Shown one piece after another: positions 9,496 to 17,425 of a stretch of DNA of 20,000 nt. A program made the translations under genes and the position numbers. The stretch lies in IMG/VR virus record IMGVR_UViG_3300020572_000004; one strand, given 5' to 3'. Position 1 is the stretch's first letter; each line of letters opens with the position of its first letter. This DNA comes from an uncultured virus (IMG/VR IMGVR_UViG_3300020572_000004) (Duplodnaviria; Heunggongvirae; Uroviricota; Caudoviricetes). The notes beneath the pieces were generated by a model that was not told where the DNA came from, did no database searches, and saw only the letters and a program-made list of their open reading frames with translations.

Positions 9496-10278
9496 TTAGT
9501 TTAGTTTAATTTTATTACCTATGATTACCACATCACGGATGCTTACAACATTAATACCTTTTCCTCTGATACTTGTAGTGCTTTCTGAAGAGTATTTCGC
9601 GCCAGCAGTTGATGTTACACTTATTCCTTTTGCATTGATACTTGTTGTACCGCTTGATGCAATTTCAATGGTTGCCGCAACAGTTATACTTTTGCCAGTT
9701 GATACTGTTTTATTTTCGCCAAGAACAGTTGTTAAGTTCATACCGTGAACCGTACTTGTATTGGTGCTATACACATCAGTCTTACTTTCTCCACCAACAT
9801 AAAGAGTATATTTGCCGCTTGCATGCAATGAATAGTCATCATGCACCGTTACTTTGGCGCCAGCACCAATGTTCATTGCATATTCATCAGATATTTCCAT
9901 TACATATTGACCACCAACTTTAGTACGGCGTGTTCCTTTTACAGTTTCATTATAGTCTCCATTGATTTCAACATTATAATTTCCATTCACGACAGTATTG
10001 CAATTGCCAAGCACTGTTATATTAACATTTCCTTCAACCGTAATGTTGTCTTCACCATGAACAACTTTATAACCATTGCCATATACAGTAATGGTACGAT
10101 CACCAGTGGGGTTAATCTCTTCACGTGTACCACTCTTATGTTGTCTTAGCAAACGCTCGTGACCAAGAGTATCATCAACTTCAAAAACGTGGCCACTGCG
10201 TGTTTGAGTAACGTTATTGAATGGATATACAGCACCATCGGTTGGTAAAGATGCACTCCATGTTTCATTGTTTGCCAT
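9496..10278 (-). CDS. gp5: gp5 C-terminal part: triple-stranded beta-helix needle (start reassigned to ATG 10278, 260 aa)
   Basis: YPFNNVTQTRSGHVFEVDDTLGHERLLRQHKSGT resembles the start of the T4 gp5 C-terminal region, followed by VxGxxxxx octapeptide repeats (VHGEDNIT VEGNVNIT VLGNCNTV VNGNYNVE INGDYNET VKG). Confidence 0.88.
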   Translation of the reverse strand: MANNETWSASLPTDGAVYPFNNVTQTRSGHVFEVDDTLGHERLLRQHKSGTREEINPTGDRTITVYGNGYKVVHGEDNITVEGNVNITVLGNCNTVVNGNYNVEINGDYNETVKGTRRTKVGGQYVMEISDEYAMNIGAGAKVTVHDDYSLHASGKYTLYVGGESKTDVYSTNTSTVHGMNLTTVLGENKTVSTGKSITVAATIEIASSGTTSINAKGISVTSTAGAKYSSESTTSIRGKGINVVSIRDVVIIGNKIKLN

Positions 10279-10283
10279 AATTG

Positions 10284-10291
10284 TATTTATT
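10284..10291 (-). promoter_or_regulatory. late promoter variant AATAAATA upstream of the gp5C gene
   Basis: 7/8 match to TATAAATA overlapping the tandem stops of gp5N, 5 nt before ATG 10278. Confidence 0.5.
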
Positions 10292-11294
10292 AAGCAATTA
10301 TGGTACAAGTACTACGAACAACAGATAAACTACGCGTCTTTGCATAACAACCATTTCCTTCACGACTGCCAGCAGCATTTGTATTTCCTTCAATGGTATT
10401 AAATTTACCGTTAGCATCGCTATCACTTGTAGCTATACCAATATGACTAAATGAAAATATAACAAGATCACCAGCATACACCTTAGATGGATTTGTTGTC
10501 AATCTAACAGCATTGCTTTTGCTGCGTGCCCATGCTTCATAGCCACCACCTTTAAATGCAGCCGCGCTTTTTGGGCGATCTGCTTCACTAAATACACCAC
10601 TCTGTTGCACACACCAACTAACAAATGCTGCGCACCATGGAGCTCGTGCATTGTAGCCATCAGAATAATCTGTAGCTTTCCACATCTCAGCTATCCCAGG
10701 TCCTTGATTTTGACTAACCTCGTATGTGTTGCCTACTTTACTTTGAGCGGCTTGAATAATTTTTGTTTTAGCTGCACTGTTTACTACAATAGGAGTTTGT
10801 GGATTTTCAAGTGTTGAGCATGGGCTACCAGTGCCTACTGCACATCCTCCAAAATTTTGCGCGCCGCTAGCTTGAGTTGCATAGCCAGCACTAGTTCCAG
10901 AATATATTCCTGCACCGCTTGGAGTATCACTGCCAGCTCTATATGGAAATACTCCATGCGGGTCACCAAACCCTTGCCCAACCGTACCTAAGCCATTATC
11001 ATAACCAACAGCACTTGGTATACTGCCAGTTACAACTGGATCCTGCAATTCTAATCCATCTCTAAAGAAACCAAATACCCATGACCCTGGGACAAGACCA
11101 GTAGCACTTTGCCCAACGCCGCTTACGCATGGACTTGTTACTGGCATAATGCATGTAGCCCATGGAAGATCTTCTTTAGGCAATTCGGATGTGTCATCAG
11201 TATGATACCCAAGGCATCGCACTCGCACACGACCTTGCTGTAAAGGATCGCTTACATCTTCAACTACAGCAGTAAACCAATTGCTAATATTCAT
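10290..11294 (-). CDS. gp5: gp5 N-terminal part: OB-fold hub domain fused to a CHAP/NlpC-P60-type cysteine peptidase
   Basis: WFTAVVEDVSDPLQQGRVRVRCLGYH...DLPWA...GSWVFGFFRDG...QDPVVTGSIP is the gp5 OB fold. APWCAAFVSWC, GDLVIFSFSHIGIA and TIEGNT give the Cys/His/Glu pattern of CHAP-like domains. Confidence 0.9.
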   Translation of the reverse strand: MNISNWFTAVVEDVSDPLQQGRVRVRCLGYHTDDTSELPKEDLPWATCIMPVTSPCVSGVGQSATGLVPGSWVFGFFRDGLELQDPVVTGSIPSAVGYDNGLGTVGQGFGDPHGVFPYRAGSDTPSGAGIYSGTSAGYATQASGAQNFGGCAVGTGSPCSTLENPQTPIVVNSAAKTKIIQAAQSKVGNTYEVSQNQGPGIAEMWKATDYSDGYNARAPWCAAFVSWCVQQSGVFSEADRPKSAAAFKGGGYEAWARSKSNAVRLTTNPSKVYAGDLVIFSFSHIGIATSDSDANGKFNTIEGNTNAAGSREGNGCYAKTRSLSVVRSTCTIIA

Positions 11295-12694
11295 TATGCA
11301 CTATCTTTAATTATTTTTAAACGTGAAGTATATACGCCTTCTTTAAATGAATGAACGGCTACCGCTACCAAATATTCGCCACTAAGAGACAGATCCAATT
11401 CTTCAGTATTGGACTTGTTGATATTTGTATTGTATTCCGTAGGATCACTACTCTTAGGAACTTCTATTTTAATTTTACGCCCAGGATTAAGTCGAAAGTC
11501 GCCATACACTTCAATTTCATGATTCATACTTTCAAGATTTGCTAAGTATGATTTGGCACGCCCAATATTCTCTGCCAGCGGTCCACTTGAATTGGGAGCG
11601 CCATTACTGTTTGCATCGGTGTTTACTGACAACAAACTGCGACTAGCATCTGGGCTACCTGTTAAGTTTGCGCCTGGGCTAGTCTTTCCTTTTGAAAAAA
11701 AATTCATGGCTTGCCCATATGTAGTATTCGCAAGCAATCTATTTTTTGCAACTGTATCATCTTTGCTATAATCAAATATCTTACTAATAAAACTTTTCTT
11801 AGCATAATCGGTGACATCGGTACGATTTGCAAATCCACCTTCAGTAGCCTGCTTGAGCTTGTCCAACTTGATATTGCTTTTCATGTTGAGCACTCTACTC
11901 ATTGATTCAGCATATGACTCTGGTGTTGCTGCAGTATTTTTTAAAAACTGATGATAGCGGTATGTTGAATATAATGGTCCTTTGAGTAGCGTTGTTAGCG
12001 AACTGATCAACACAACTCCACTTGATATGGTAACATACACAAAGAATGGCGCACCATTAACATCATATGCTTTTTTACGCAACCATTCAACCGCTTTAAG
12101 TGGGCTTTGAATTGTTAGTATGCCATCAAATGCTGTACTGCATGAGCCGCGCACAATTACTTTAGTTACATTCAAATCATTTTCAAAAATCTTTCGTATA
12201 TTTTCTGCTACGTTACCTTTGACGCTTCTGCTAATTCGTTTAAGCATGCTTAGGTATCCATAGTCGCTAACAGCAATCAAATTGTATTCTTGTGTACCTA
12301 TATTGGTAACAGTCTTTTCATAATTTGGATATTCCTTTACAATAAAATTGATTTCAACATCGCGTTGTGATGTATTTGCAGGATCTCGTTTTTGTTGAGC
12401 AACATCAACTTTTTGCAATTTTACATTTATAATTTCCTGCCCACTAATTGCAAAATCTTCAAAGAAATTGATTGTATCTCTTATGCGTGCATTAAAAACT
12501 ACCACTGGAGAAAACAATTCTTCTGTGATGGTAAAGGCAGTAATTATAGTTTGTATGTCACGCACTTCCCCTTTGGAATTTTGTATGCTTAACGACTTGA
12601 CAGTATATGCAGATGGTATAAGAGCAACATTACCATCCGCGCCAATTCCCTTGGGAGTATTTCTTGACACCGGCGAATTTAAACTATTAGCCAT
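11294..12694 (-). CDS. baseplate hub protein, gp27-like
   Basis: FTITEELFSPVVVFNARIRDTINFFEDFAISGQE near the N-terminus and VYGDFRLNPGRKIKIEVP...LSGEYLVAVAVHSF at the C-terminus fit hub (gp27/gpD-like) proteins; lies between gp53 and gp5, coupled to gp5N by TAATG. Confidence 0.7.
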   Translation of the reverse strand: MANSLNSPVSRNTPKGIGADGNVALIPSAYTVKSLSIQNSKGEVRDIQTIITAFTITEELFSPVVVFNARIRDTINFFEDFAISGQEIINVKLQKVDVAQQKRDPANTSQRDVEINFIVKEYPNYEKTVTNIGTQEYNLIAVSDYGYLSMLKRISRSVKGNVAENIRKIFENDLNVTKVIVRGSCSTAFDGILTIQSPLKAVEWLRKKAYDVNGAPFFVYVTISSGVVLISSLTTLLKGPLYSTYRYHQFLKNTAATPESYAESMSRVLNMKSNIKLDKLKQATEGGFANRTDVTDYAKKSFISKIFDYSKDDTVAKNRLLANTTYGQAMNFFSKGKTSPGANLTGSPDASRSLLSVNTDANSNGAPNSSGPLAENIGRAKSYLANLESMNHEIEVYGDFRLNPGRKIKIEVPKSSDPTEYNTNINKSNTEELDLSLSGEYLVAVAVHSFKEGVYTSRLKIIKDSA

Positions 12695-12700
12695 AACAAA

Positions 12701-14167
12701 TTAAGAGTTTAAAAGTGTAAAATATGTTCTGGTGAAGTCCCGCACTATATCGGGTCTGACAACTTTTATCTTTCTTTTGGTGTCGTTCTCAAGCTGTTCT
12801 TTTTCATAATTACTAATACTTGGATTACCAATAAATTTAGTGCTAACTATTGGGGTTCCGGTGCCATACCTAAGTATTGTGGTTGTGCAAACAGGAGGAT
12901 CGCTACCAATACATACTGTAGTACTGCTGAGCTCGGTTGTGTATGTTAAATTTAATGGCGAAAACGAATTATCAGTTGACTCCGATTTAGCTGCAAATAT
13001 AATAGTCTCACTATTTGCTGCATATGTATTAATACGCCAATGAGGAGGGTCTTGATAATCTAAATAACTTAATACAGTAACATCATATGGTCGCAGTGGG
13101 AAGCTTATGTTTGGATCTTCGCTAAACCAGACATCAACAAATTGAATATCAGCATTTGTCCATAAACCGTTTTGCCCATCGCTAGTCATTACATAAGTTA
13201 ATGCGCCGTTTACGTTTGGGCTTGTATCACCGGATATATAAATCGTATTTGCTTTTTCTTCAAGTATATTAAATGCGCTTACTGGATATGTAATTGAAGA
13301 ATCTAGTGTGTCATACTTAAAATATTGATATACTGCATTTCTATATAATGGCCAAGTGAATCCTTCACCGGCCGTCAAATATTTTTTATTGAACATATAT
13401 GATTCCTTTGCATATGTGCCATTTGCAACAGTATTATAGCCAGCATTGGGTATAGCAATGTCTATGGTTTTAAATGGCTCTATTGCAATGTCAATCCATT
13501 CTTCTTTTAATGCTTCACAAGCAGCATATGCAGCGGCTTGTGTAACAGAATTGAACGGGTTGATCCATTCCAAAACATATTCGCTACTACTTAAAAATGT
13601 ATTGCGCAGCTCAAAAGATGCTGTGTTTGCATATGATTGGGTTGCATGCTCATGCGGTGTTATATTATACACTACAGCTTGTAACAAACGGCGGTCATAC
13701 TTTAAAATATTAGCACGCAATTCGGTTTCGTTTGAAGACAAAAACAAATAAGGTAAATATTTTTCATTCAAAGGAACAACTGAAAAGTCGCTGCGTTGTT
13801 GTTGAATAGAGCCAGGTACCGTTAATTGTGGACTTACCGCAAATGAACTATATTTGTCATATTCATTGCCGATCATTGTTTCAAAATCCAATGCAGACAG
13901 CGGCCATGCATTATTAAGGCCAGCTTTAAGAGAATCATTTAATATGAAAATGCTCCAATAGTATTGAGGAGTTTGATATAACAATTGTGATATTGTATCT
14001 GGACGATCTCCATCCATAATATCATAGTATGTATAGTAACTACCTTTATCTTCGTTAAGATTTGATATATCAACATTTCGTGATATATCAGTTAAATTTA
14101 CATATGATCCTTCTCCATCAATGTCATATGATAATTTTGGAAATTGTGAAAAGAAATTTGTTGCCAT
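12701..14167 (-). CDS. gp53: baseplate wedge subunit gp53 with a large internal insertion
   Basis: NFFSQFPKLSY, YDIMDGDRPDTISQLLYQTPQYYWSIFILND...WPL (LysM-like) and C-terminal ISNYEKEQLENDTKRKIKVVRP. Confidence 0.88.
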   Translation of the reverse strand: MATNFFSQFPKLSYDIDGEGSYVNLTDISRNVDISNLNEDKGSYYTYYDIMDGDRPDTISQLLYQTPQYYWSIFILNDSLKAGLNNAWPLSALDFETMIGNEYDKYSSFAVSPQLTVPGSIQQQRSDFSVVPLNEKYLPYLFLSSNETELRANILKYDRRLLQAVVYNITPHEHATQSYANTASFELRNTFLSSSEYVLEWINPFNSVTQAAAYAACEALKEEWIDIAIEPFKTIDIAIPNAGYNTVANGTYAKESYMFNKKYLTAGEGFTWPLYRNAVYQYFKYDTLDSSITYPVSAFNILEEKANTIYISGDTSPNVNGALTYVMTSDGQNGLWTNADIQFVDVWFSEDPNISFPLRPYDVTVLSYLDYQDPPHWRINTYAANSETIIFAAKSESTDNSFSPLNLTYTTELSSTTVCIGSDPPVCTTTILRYGTGTPIVSTKFIGNPSISNYEKEQLENDTKRKIKVVRPDIVRDFTRTYFTLLNS

Positions 14168-14170
14168 AAA

Positions 14171-15079
14171 TTAAGCTGGTGTGTTTGCAACAGGAGTTGG
14201 TGTAGTATTAGCCGAATTGCTGTTTACATCGCTTACCGTTGCGTCTGGAACATTATAATTTGCAAGGAAGCGACTCTTATCATAAGGTTTGTCTTCAAGA
14301 AATTTAATATCATCTTTAGTAAGTGCGCGTGACTCAATAAACGTTAATGTTATTTCACTGTCCAATGGACTGCCATCCGTTCTCCATATATTTGCAATGC
14401 TATTGTATGTACTTGTCATACTTTCCAAATAGCATTCAAACAATTTGGGTAAGTATTCAATATCATTTCCAGTTACACCATTAACAAATTGAATAGTCCA
14501 TGTAGCTGGATATTGCAATTGATAAGCATTGCCCTTAGGATATAATCCCAAACGAAATGCTTTTGAAATTTTATTTATTTGGTTAGATTCTGCCGAAGAT
14601 ACCGAAATGAATTTAAATACAAATGAAAAGCGCCGAGTGCCAGTTCCAGTAAATTGTGTAGTTATGTTTTTATTTAGTGTAGCTCCTACACCAATACTTA
14701 CGGCTGATTGTACTGTGGCACCAGCCGAAGTAAAGCTAGCTGTCAGACCTTGCACCAAGTTACCCAAACTTTTTGGTATACCGCCACCAATTGCGCCCAA
14801 TCCAGCATTTACACCAGCTTCTATATTACCACCTGCACCAAGTCCAGCCCGTGCTGCGGCCATACCAGCTCCGCCAGCAAATCCAAGCTCAGCATCATTA
14901 TATGTGGCTGCATCAGCAAAAGATATATTTTGTGGTATTGGCATACATATAGCAACACTAGAACCAGGTTCAGCACCAAAGCTTTGAAACCGAATCATTG
15001 GGCGACCTGCCTGTGCGCCAACAGCCGAGGTTGCAACGCTATTCAATTCAAGTGGGTATACTAATATTTGTGCGGGCAT
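14171..15079 (-). CDS. gp48: baseplate tail-tube cap gp48 (start reassigned to ATG 15079, MPAQILVYP, 302 aa)
   Basis: ICMPIPQNISFADAATYN, RRFSFVFKF, QYPATWTIQF, CYLESMTSTY and DGSPLDSEITLTFIE; upstream of gp53. Confidence 0.85.
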   Translation of the reverse strand: MPAQILVYPLELNSVATSAVGAQAGRPMIRFQSFGAEPGSSVAICMPIPQNISFADAATYNDAELGFAGGAGMAAARAGLGAGGNIEAGVNAGLGAIGGGIPKSLGNLVQGLTASFTSAGATVQSAVSIGVGATLNKNITTQFTGTGTRRFSFVFKFISVSSAESNQINKISKAFRLGLYPKGNAYQLQYPATWTIQFVNGVTGNDIEYLPKLFECYLESMTSTYNSIANIWRTDGSPLDSEITLTFIESRALTKDDIKFLEDKPYDKSRFLANYNVPDATVSDVNSNSANTTPTPVANTPA

Positions 15080-15086
15080 ATAAATA
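15079..15086 (+). promoter_or_regulatory. T4-type late promoter TATAAATA for the gp4 operon
   Basis: Exact TATAAATA, 14 nt before the gp4 ATG at 15101. Confidence 0.8.
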
Positions 15087-15093
15087 CTATAAC

Positions 15094-15101
15094 TATTTAT
15101 A
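15094..15101 (-). promoter_or_regulatory. T4-type late promoter TATAAATA for the gp48 operon
   Basis: Exact TATAAATA on the minus strand, 14 nt before the gp48 ATG at 15079. Confidence 0.8.
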
Positions 15102-15544
15102 TGGCTTATCGTGGCAAATTTAACCCTAAGAATCTCAACAAGTATGAAGGAGATTGGCGTCGCATAGAGTATCGCAGCCTTTGGGAGCGACAGGTTTTTC
15201 GTTTTTGCGATGACAATGACGCAATTGTGCGATGGAGCAGCGAAGAAGTAGTTGTTCCTTACCGTTGTAAAACAGACAACCGTGTACACAGATATTTTGT
15301 TGATCTTAAAATTACATTTAAGAATGGCGACACATATCTTGTTGAAATAAAGCCAAAGAAAGAAACAGTTGAGCCAAAGAAAAGAGCTACCAAAAGCAAA
15401 GGATATCTTACTGAGGTATTAAAGTATGTTAAGAATATAAGCAAGTGGGAAAGCGCTGATGAATATGCAAAGCAGCGTGGCTGGAAATTTGAGGTTTGGA
15501 CAGAAGAGACAATTCGTGGTATGGGAATCAAGCTGCTAACATAA
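15101..15544 (+). CDS. gp4: head completion nuclease gp4 (TnsA-like endonuclease fold), start at ATG 15101, 147 aa
   Basis: MAYRGKFNPKNLNKYEGD, YRSLWER, WSSEEVVVPY, HRYFVD, LVEIKP, KNISKWESA, FEVWTE. Confidence 0.95.
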   Translation: MAYRGKFNPKNLNKYEGDWRRIEYRSLWERQVFRFCDDNDAIVRWSSEEVVVPYRCKTDNRVHRYFVDLKITFKNGDTYLVEIKPKKETVEPKKRATKSKGYLTEVLKYVKNISKWESADEYAKQRGWKFEVWTEETIRGMGIKLLT

Positions 15545-15547
15545 GTG

Positions 15548-15555
15548 TATAAATA
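15548..15555 (+). promoter_or_regulatory. T4-type late promoter TATAAATA upstream of gp2
   Basis: Exact TATAAATA in the gp4-gp2 gap, 11 nt before ATG 15567. Confidence 0.8.
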
Positions 15556-15566
15556 TACTTGCGCTT

Positions 15567-16178
15567 ATGGCATCTAAACGTCCAACTACAAGAACAGGTT
15601 TTTCATTTCAAAAGTATCATGAAAAATTGTCTGCTAGCGGAATTGAAGCTAAAACTGATGAGTCACGTGCATGGTTTTTTAGAAAGCTAAAAGGACTTAG
15701 CAACATAGATCGCAAAACACTTCTTAAAGATCAGGCGCTCAATCCTATGGCTCGACCATTAGCCGGTCGCATGTTTATGTTCTTTTATGATCCAAAAGGA
15801 AAGGAAGAATTGCCATATTACGATAATTTTCCACTTGTTATAATGGTAGGAAAAGCCAAAGGTGGATTCTATGGACTCAACCTACACTACCTTCCCAATA
15901 AGTTGCGTGCACTATTTTTTGATAAGCTGCTATCATTTACCAACAATGATAAGTATGATGAAAGCACAAAGTTCAAGCTAACATACAATATGTTGAGCAG
16001 TGTGCAAGTTCTTAAATACTTTGCGCCATGTTTTAAACACTATCTTTTCGCTCACTTACGCAGTGTGCCTGTAGAGGTACCATCAACGGATTGGGAAATT
16101 GCTGTATGTTTGCCAACATGGAAATTTGTTGGTTCTGATAAAGCAGGTGTATGGAAAGAATCTCTTAAACAATTTTAA
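15567..16178 (+). CDS. gp2: DNA end protector protein gp2
   Basis: GRMFMFFYDPKGKEELPYYDNFPLV, FYGLNLHYLP, PCFKHYL, WEIAVCLP; follows gp4. Confidence 0.95.
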   Translation: MASKRPTTRTGFSFQKYHEKLSASGIEAKTDESRAWFFRKLKGLSNIDRKTLLKDQALNPMARPLAGRMFMFFYDPKGKEELPYYDNFPLVIMVGKAKGGFYGLNLHYLPNKLRALFFDKLLSFTNNDKYDESTKFKLTYNMLSSVQVLKYFAPCFKHYLFAHLRSVPVEVPSTDWEIAVCLPTWKFVGSDKAGVWKESLKQF

Positions 16179-16180
16179 CC

Positions 16181-16696
16181 ATGGGATCTATACAAGACTT
16201 ACAAAGTACCATTATAAAACGATCCGGTTTATCACGTGGTAATCGCTTTAATATTATCATTTCCAATCCAATTGATGATGGAAAAGATCTTAACCTATTG
16301 TGCGAAAGCTGTACGCTGCCAGGGAGACAAATACTTACAACGGACTTTTCTGTTTGGCGTAATGAAAACAAAGTACCAACTGGTTATAGCGATGAGGATG
16401 TTACTTGTGTGTTTTATTTAACAAATGACTATTATGTTAAAAACCTTTTTGACCAATGGCTTGTTAAGATAATAAATCCAGTATCATACTTGGTTGAGTA
16501 TACTAAAAAATTTGCAACAACAGTTATAATACAACAGTTGGATGAAACAGACAAACCAATATATGAAGTCACACTTCCATATGCATGGCCTGTTGGAGTT
16601 AATTCTATCGAACTAGACAACTCTTCAGAAAATAGCGTTCAAAAATTAACAATAGTGTTTACATACAACACGTGGTCATCACGAAAACTAACTTAA
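16181..16696 (+). CDS. tail-tube-fold protein, probably baseplate tube initiator gp54 (gp19 family)
   Basis: GLSRGNRFNI, LCESCTLPG, FDQW, IIQQLD, AWPVGVNSIELD and LTIVFTYNTW fit the gp19/gp54 tube fold; its position between gp2 and gp26 favours gp54. Confidence 0.75.
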   Translation: MGSIQDLQSTIIKRSGLSRGNRFNIIISNPIDDGKDLNLLCESCTLPGRQILTTDFSVWRNENKVPTGYSDEDVTCVFYLTNDYYVKNLFDQWLVKIINPVSYLVEYTKKFATTVIIQQLDETDKPIYEVTLPYAWPVGVNSIELDNSSENSVQKLTIVFTYNTWSSRKLT

Positions 16697-16717
16697 AAAT
16701 ATATTATAAATTAAATT

Positions 16718-17425
16718 ATGGCATTACCAATCCTAGAATCCCCAAAGTATACCGTTGAAATTCCTTCCACAAAGAAGGCTATTGAATATCGCCCATTTCT
16801 CGTAAAAGAAGAAAAGATCTTGCTGATGGCTCAAGAGTCACAAGATTCACGCGAGATGTTAGGCGCAATGAAAGATATTATTCGTGCATGCACATTTGAA
16901 AAAGTTGATGTTAATGCATTAACATCATTTGACCTTGAATATGTTTTCCTTAAGTTGCGCAGCAAAAGCGTTGGAGAGATTAGCAACGTCAACGTCAAGT
17001 GCAGCTCGTGCGAAGCTCCAAACCCAGTTGAAATTAACCTTGATGAAATAGCAGTAAAATTTGATGACTCGGTATCAAAGACAATTATGATTACTGATAC
17101 TGTTGGCGTCAATATGCGTTACATTCGAGTTAAAGATATGAGCGGATTGACTGATGACAAAAAGACACAAGGTGATCTTATCAATGAAGTTGTTATTGCA
17201 AGTATTGAAAGTATCTTTGATGCTGAGAAGGTATATCCAGCTGAGAATTCATCAAAAGCTGAATTGATCGTTTTCATCAACAGTCTTAACCGCTCACAGA
17301 TGCAAAAAATTGAAGCGTTCATTGCAGCAGTTCCTGCGCTCAAACAAACTGTTCAATTCAAATGCAAAGGCTGCGGCCATGACAACTCGTTGGAACTGGT
17401 AGGCACTAAAGCTTTTTTCGATTAG
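16718..17425 (+). CDS. gp26: baseplate hub assembly protein gp26 (probable tail assembly chaperone)
   Basis: MALPILESPKY, YRPFLVKEEKILLMA, FDLEYVFLKLRSKSVGE, two CxxC motifs (CSSC, CKGC), ending G...FF. Confidence 0.93.
   Translation: MALPILESPKYTVEIPSTKKAIEYRPFLVKEEKILLMAQESQDSREMLGAMKDIIRACTFEKVDVNALTSFDLEYVFLKLRSKSVGEISNVNVKCSSCEAPNPVEINLDEIAVKFDDSVSKTIMITDTVGVNMRYIRVKDMSGLTDDKKTQGDLINEVVIASIESIFDAEKVYPAENSSKAELIVFINSLNRSQMQKIEAFIAAVPALKQTVQFKCKGCGHDNSLELVGTKAFFD

Noticed and set aside
10279..10320. Programmed frameshift or readthrough rejoining gp5N and gp5C, or a TTG start at 10308
   Set aside because: The gp5C frame is -1 and briefly open across the junction, but there is no X XXY YYZ heptamer. 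Tandem TAA TAA stops, a promoter-like motif and a well-placed ATG favour independent initiation.
72..15064. Numerous short plus-strand ORFs (e.g. 361-660, 8866-9399, 14529-14987)
   Set aside because: They are antisense shadows of well-supported minus-strand structural genes and have no recognisable motifs.
15068..15289. ORF-track N-terminal extensions of gp48 (to 15289) and gp4 (from 15068), implying overlapping genes
   Set aside because: Recognisable sequence begins at MPAQ (15079) and MAYRGKF (15101), and a late promoter lies just upstream of each ATG. The extensions are antisense read-through.
15101..15544. TnsA-like nuclease as evidence of a Tn7-like transposon or homing element
   Set aside because: It is the core T4-like head completion protein gp4 in its normal position next to gp2, with no other transposition genes or ends.
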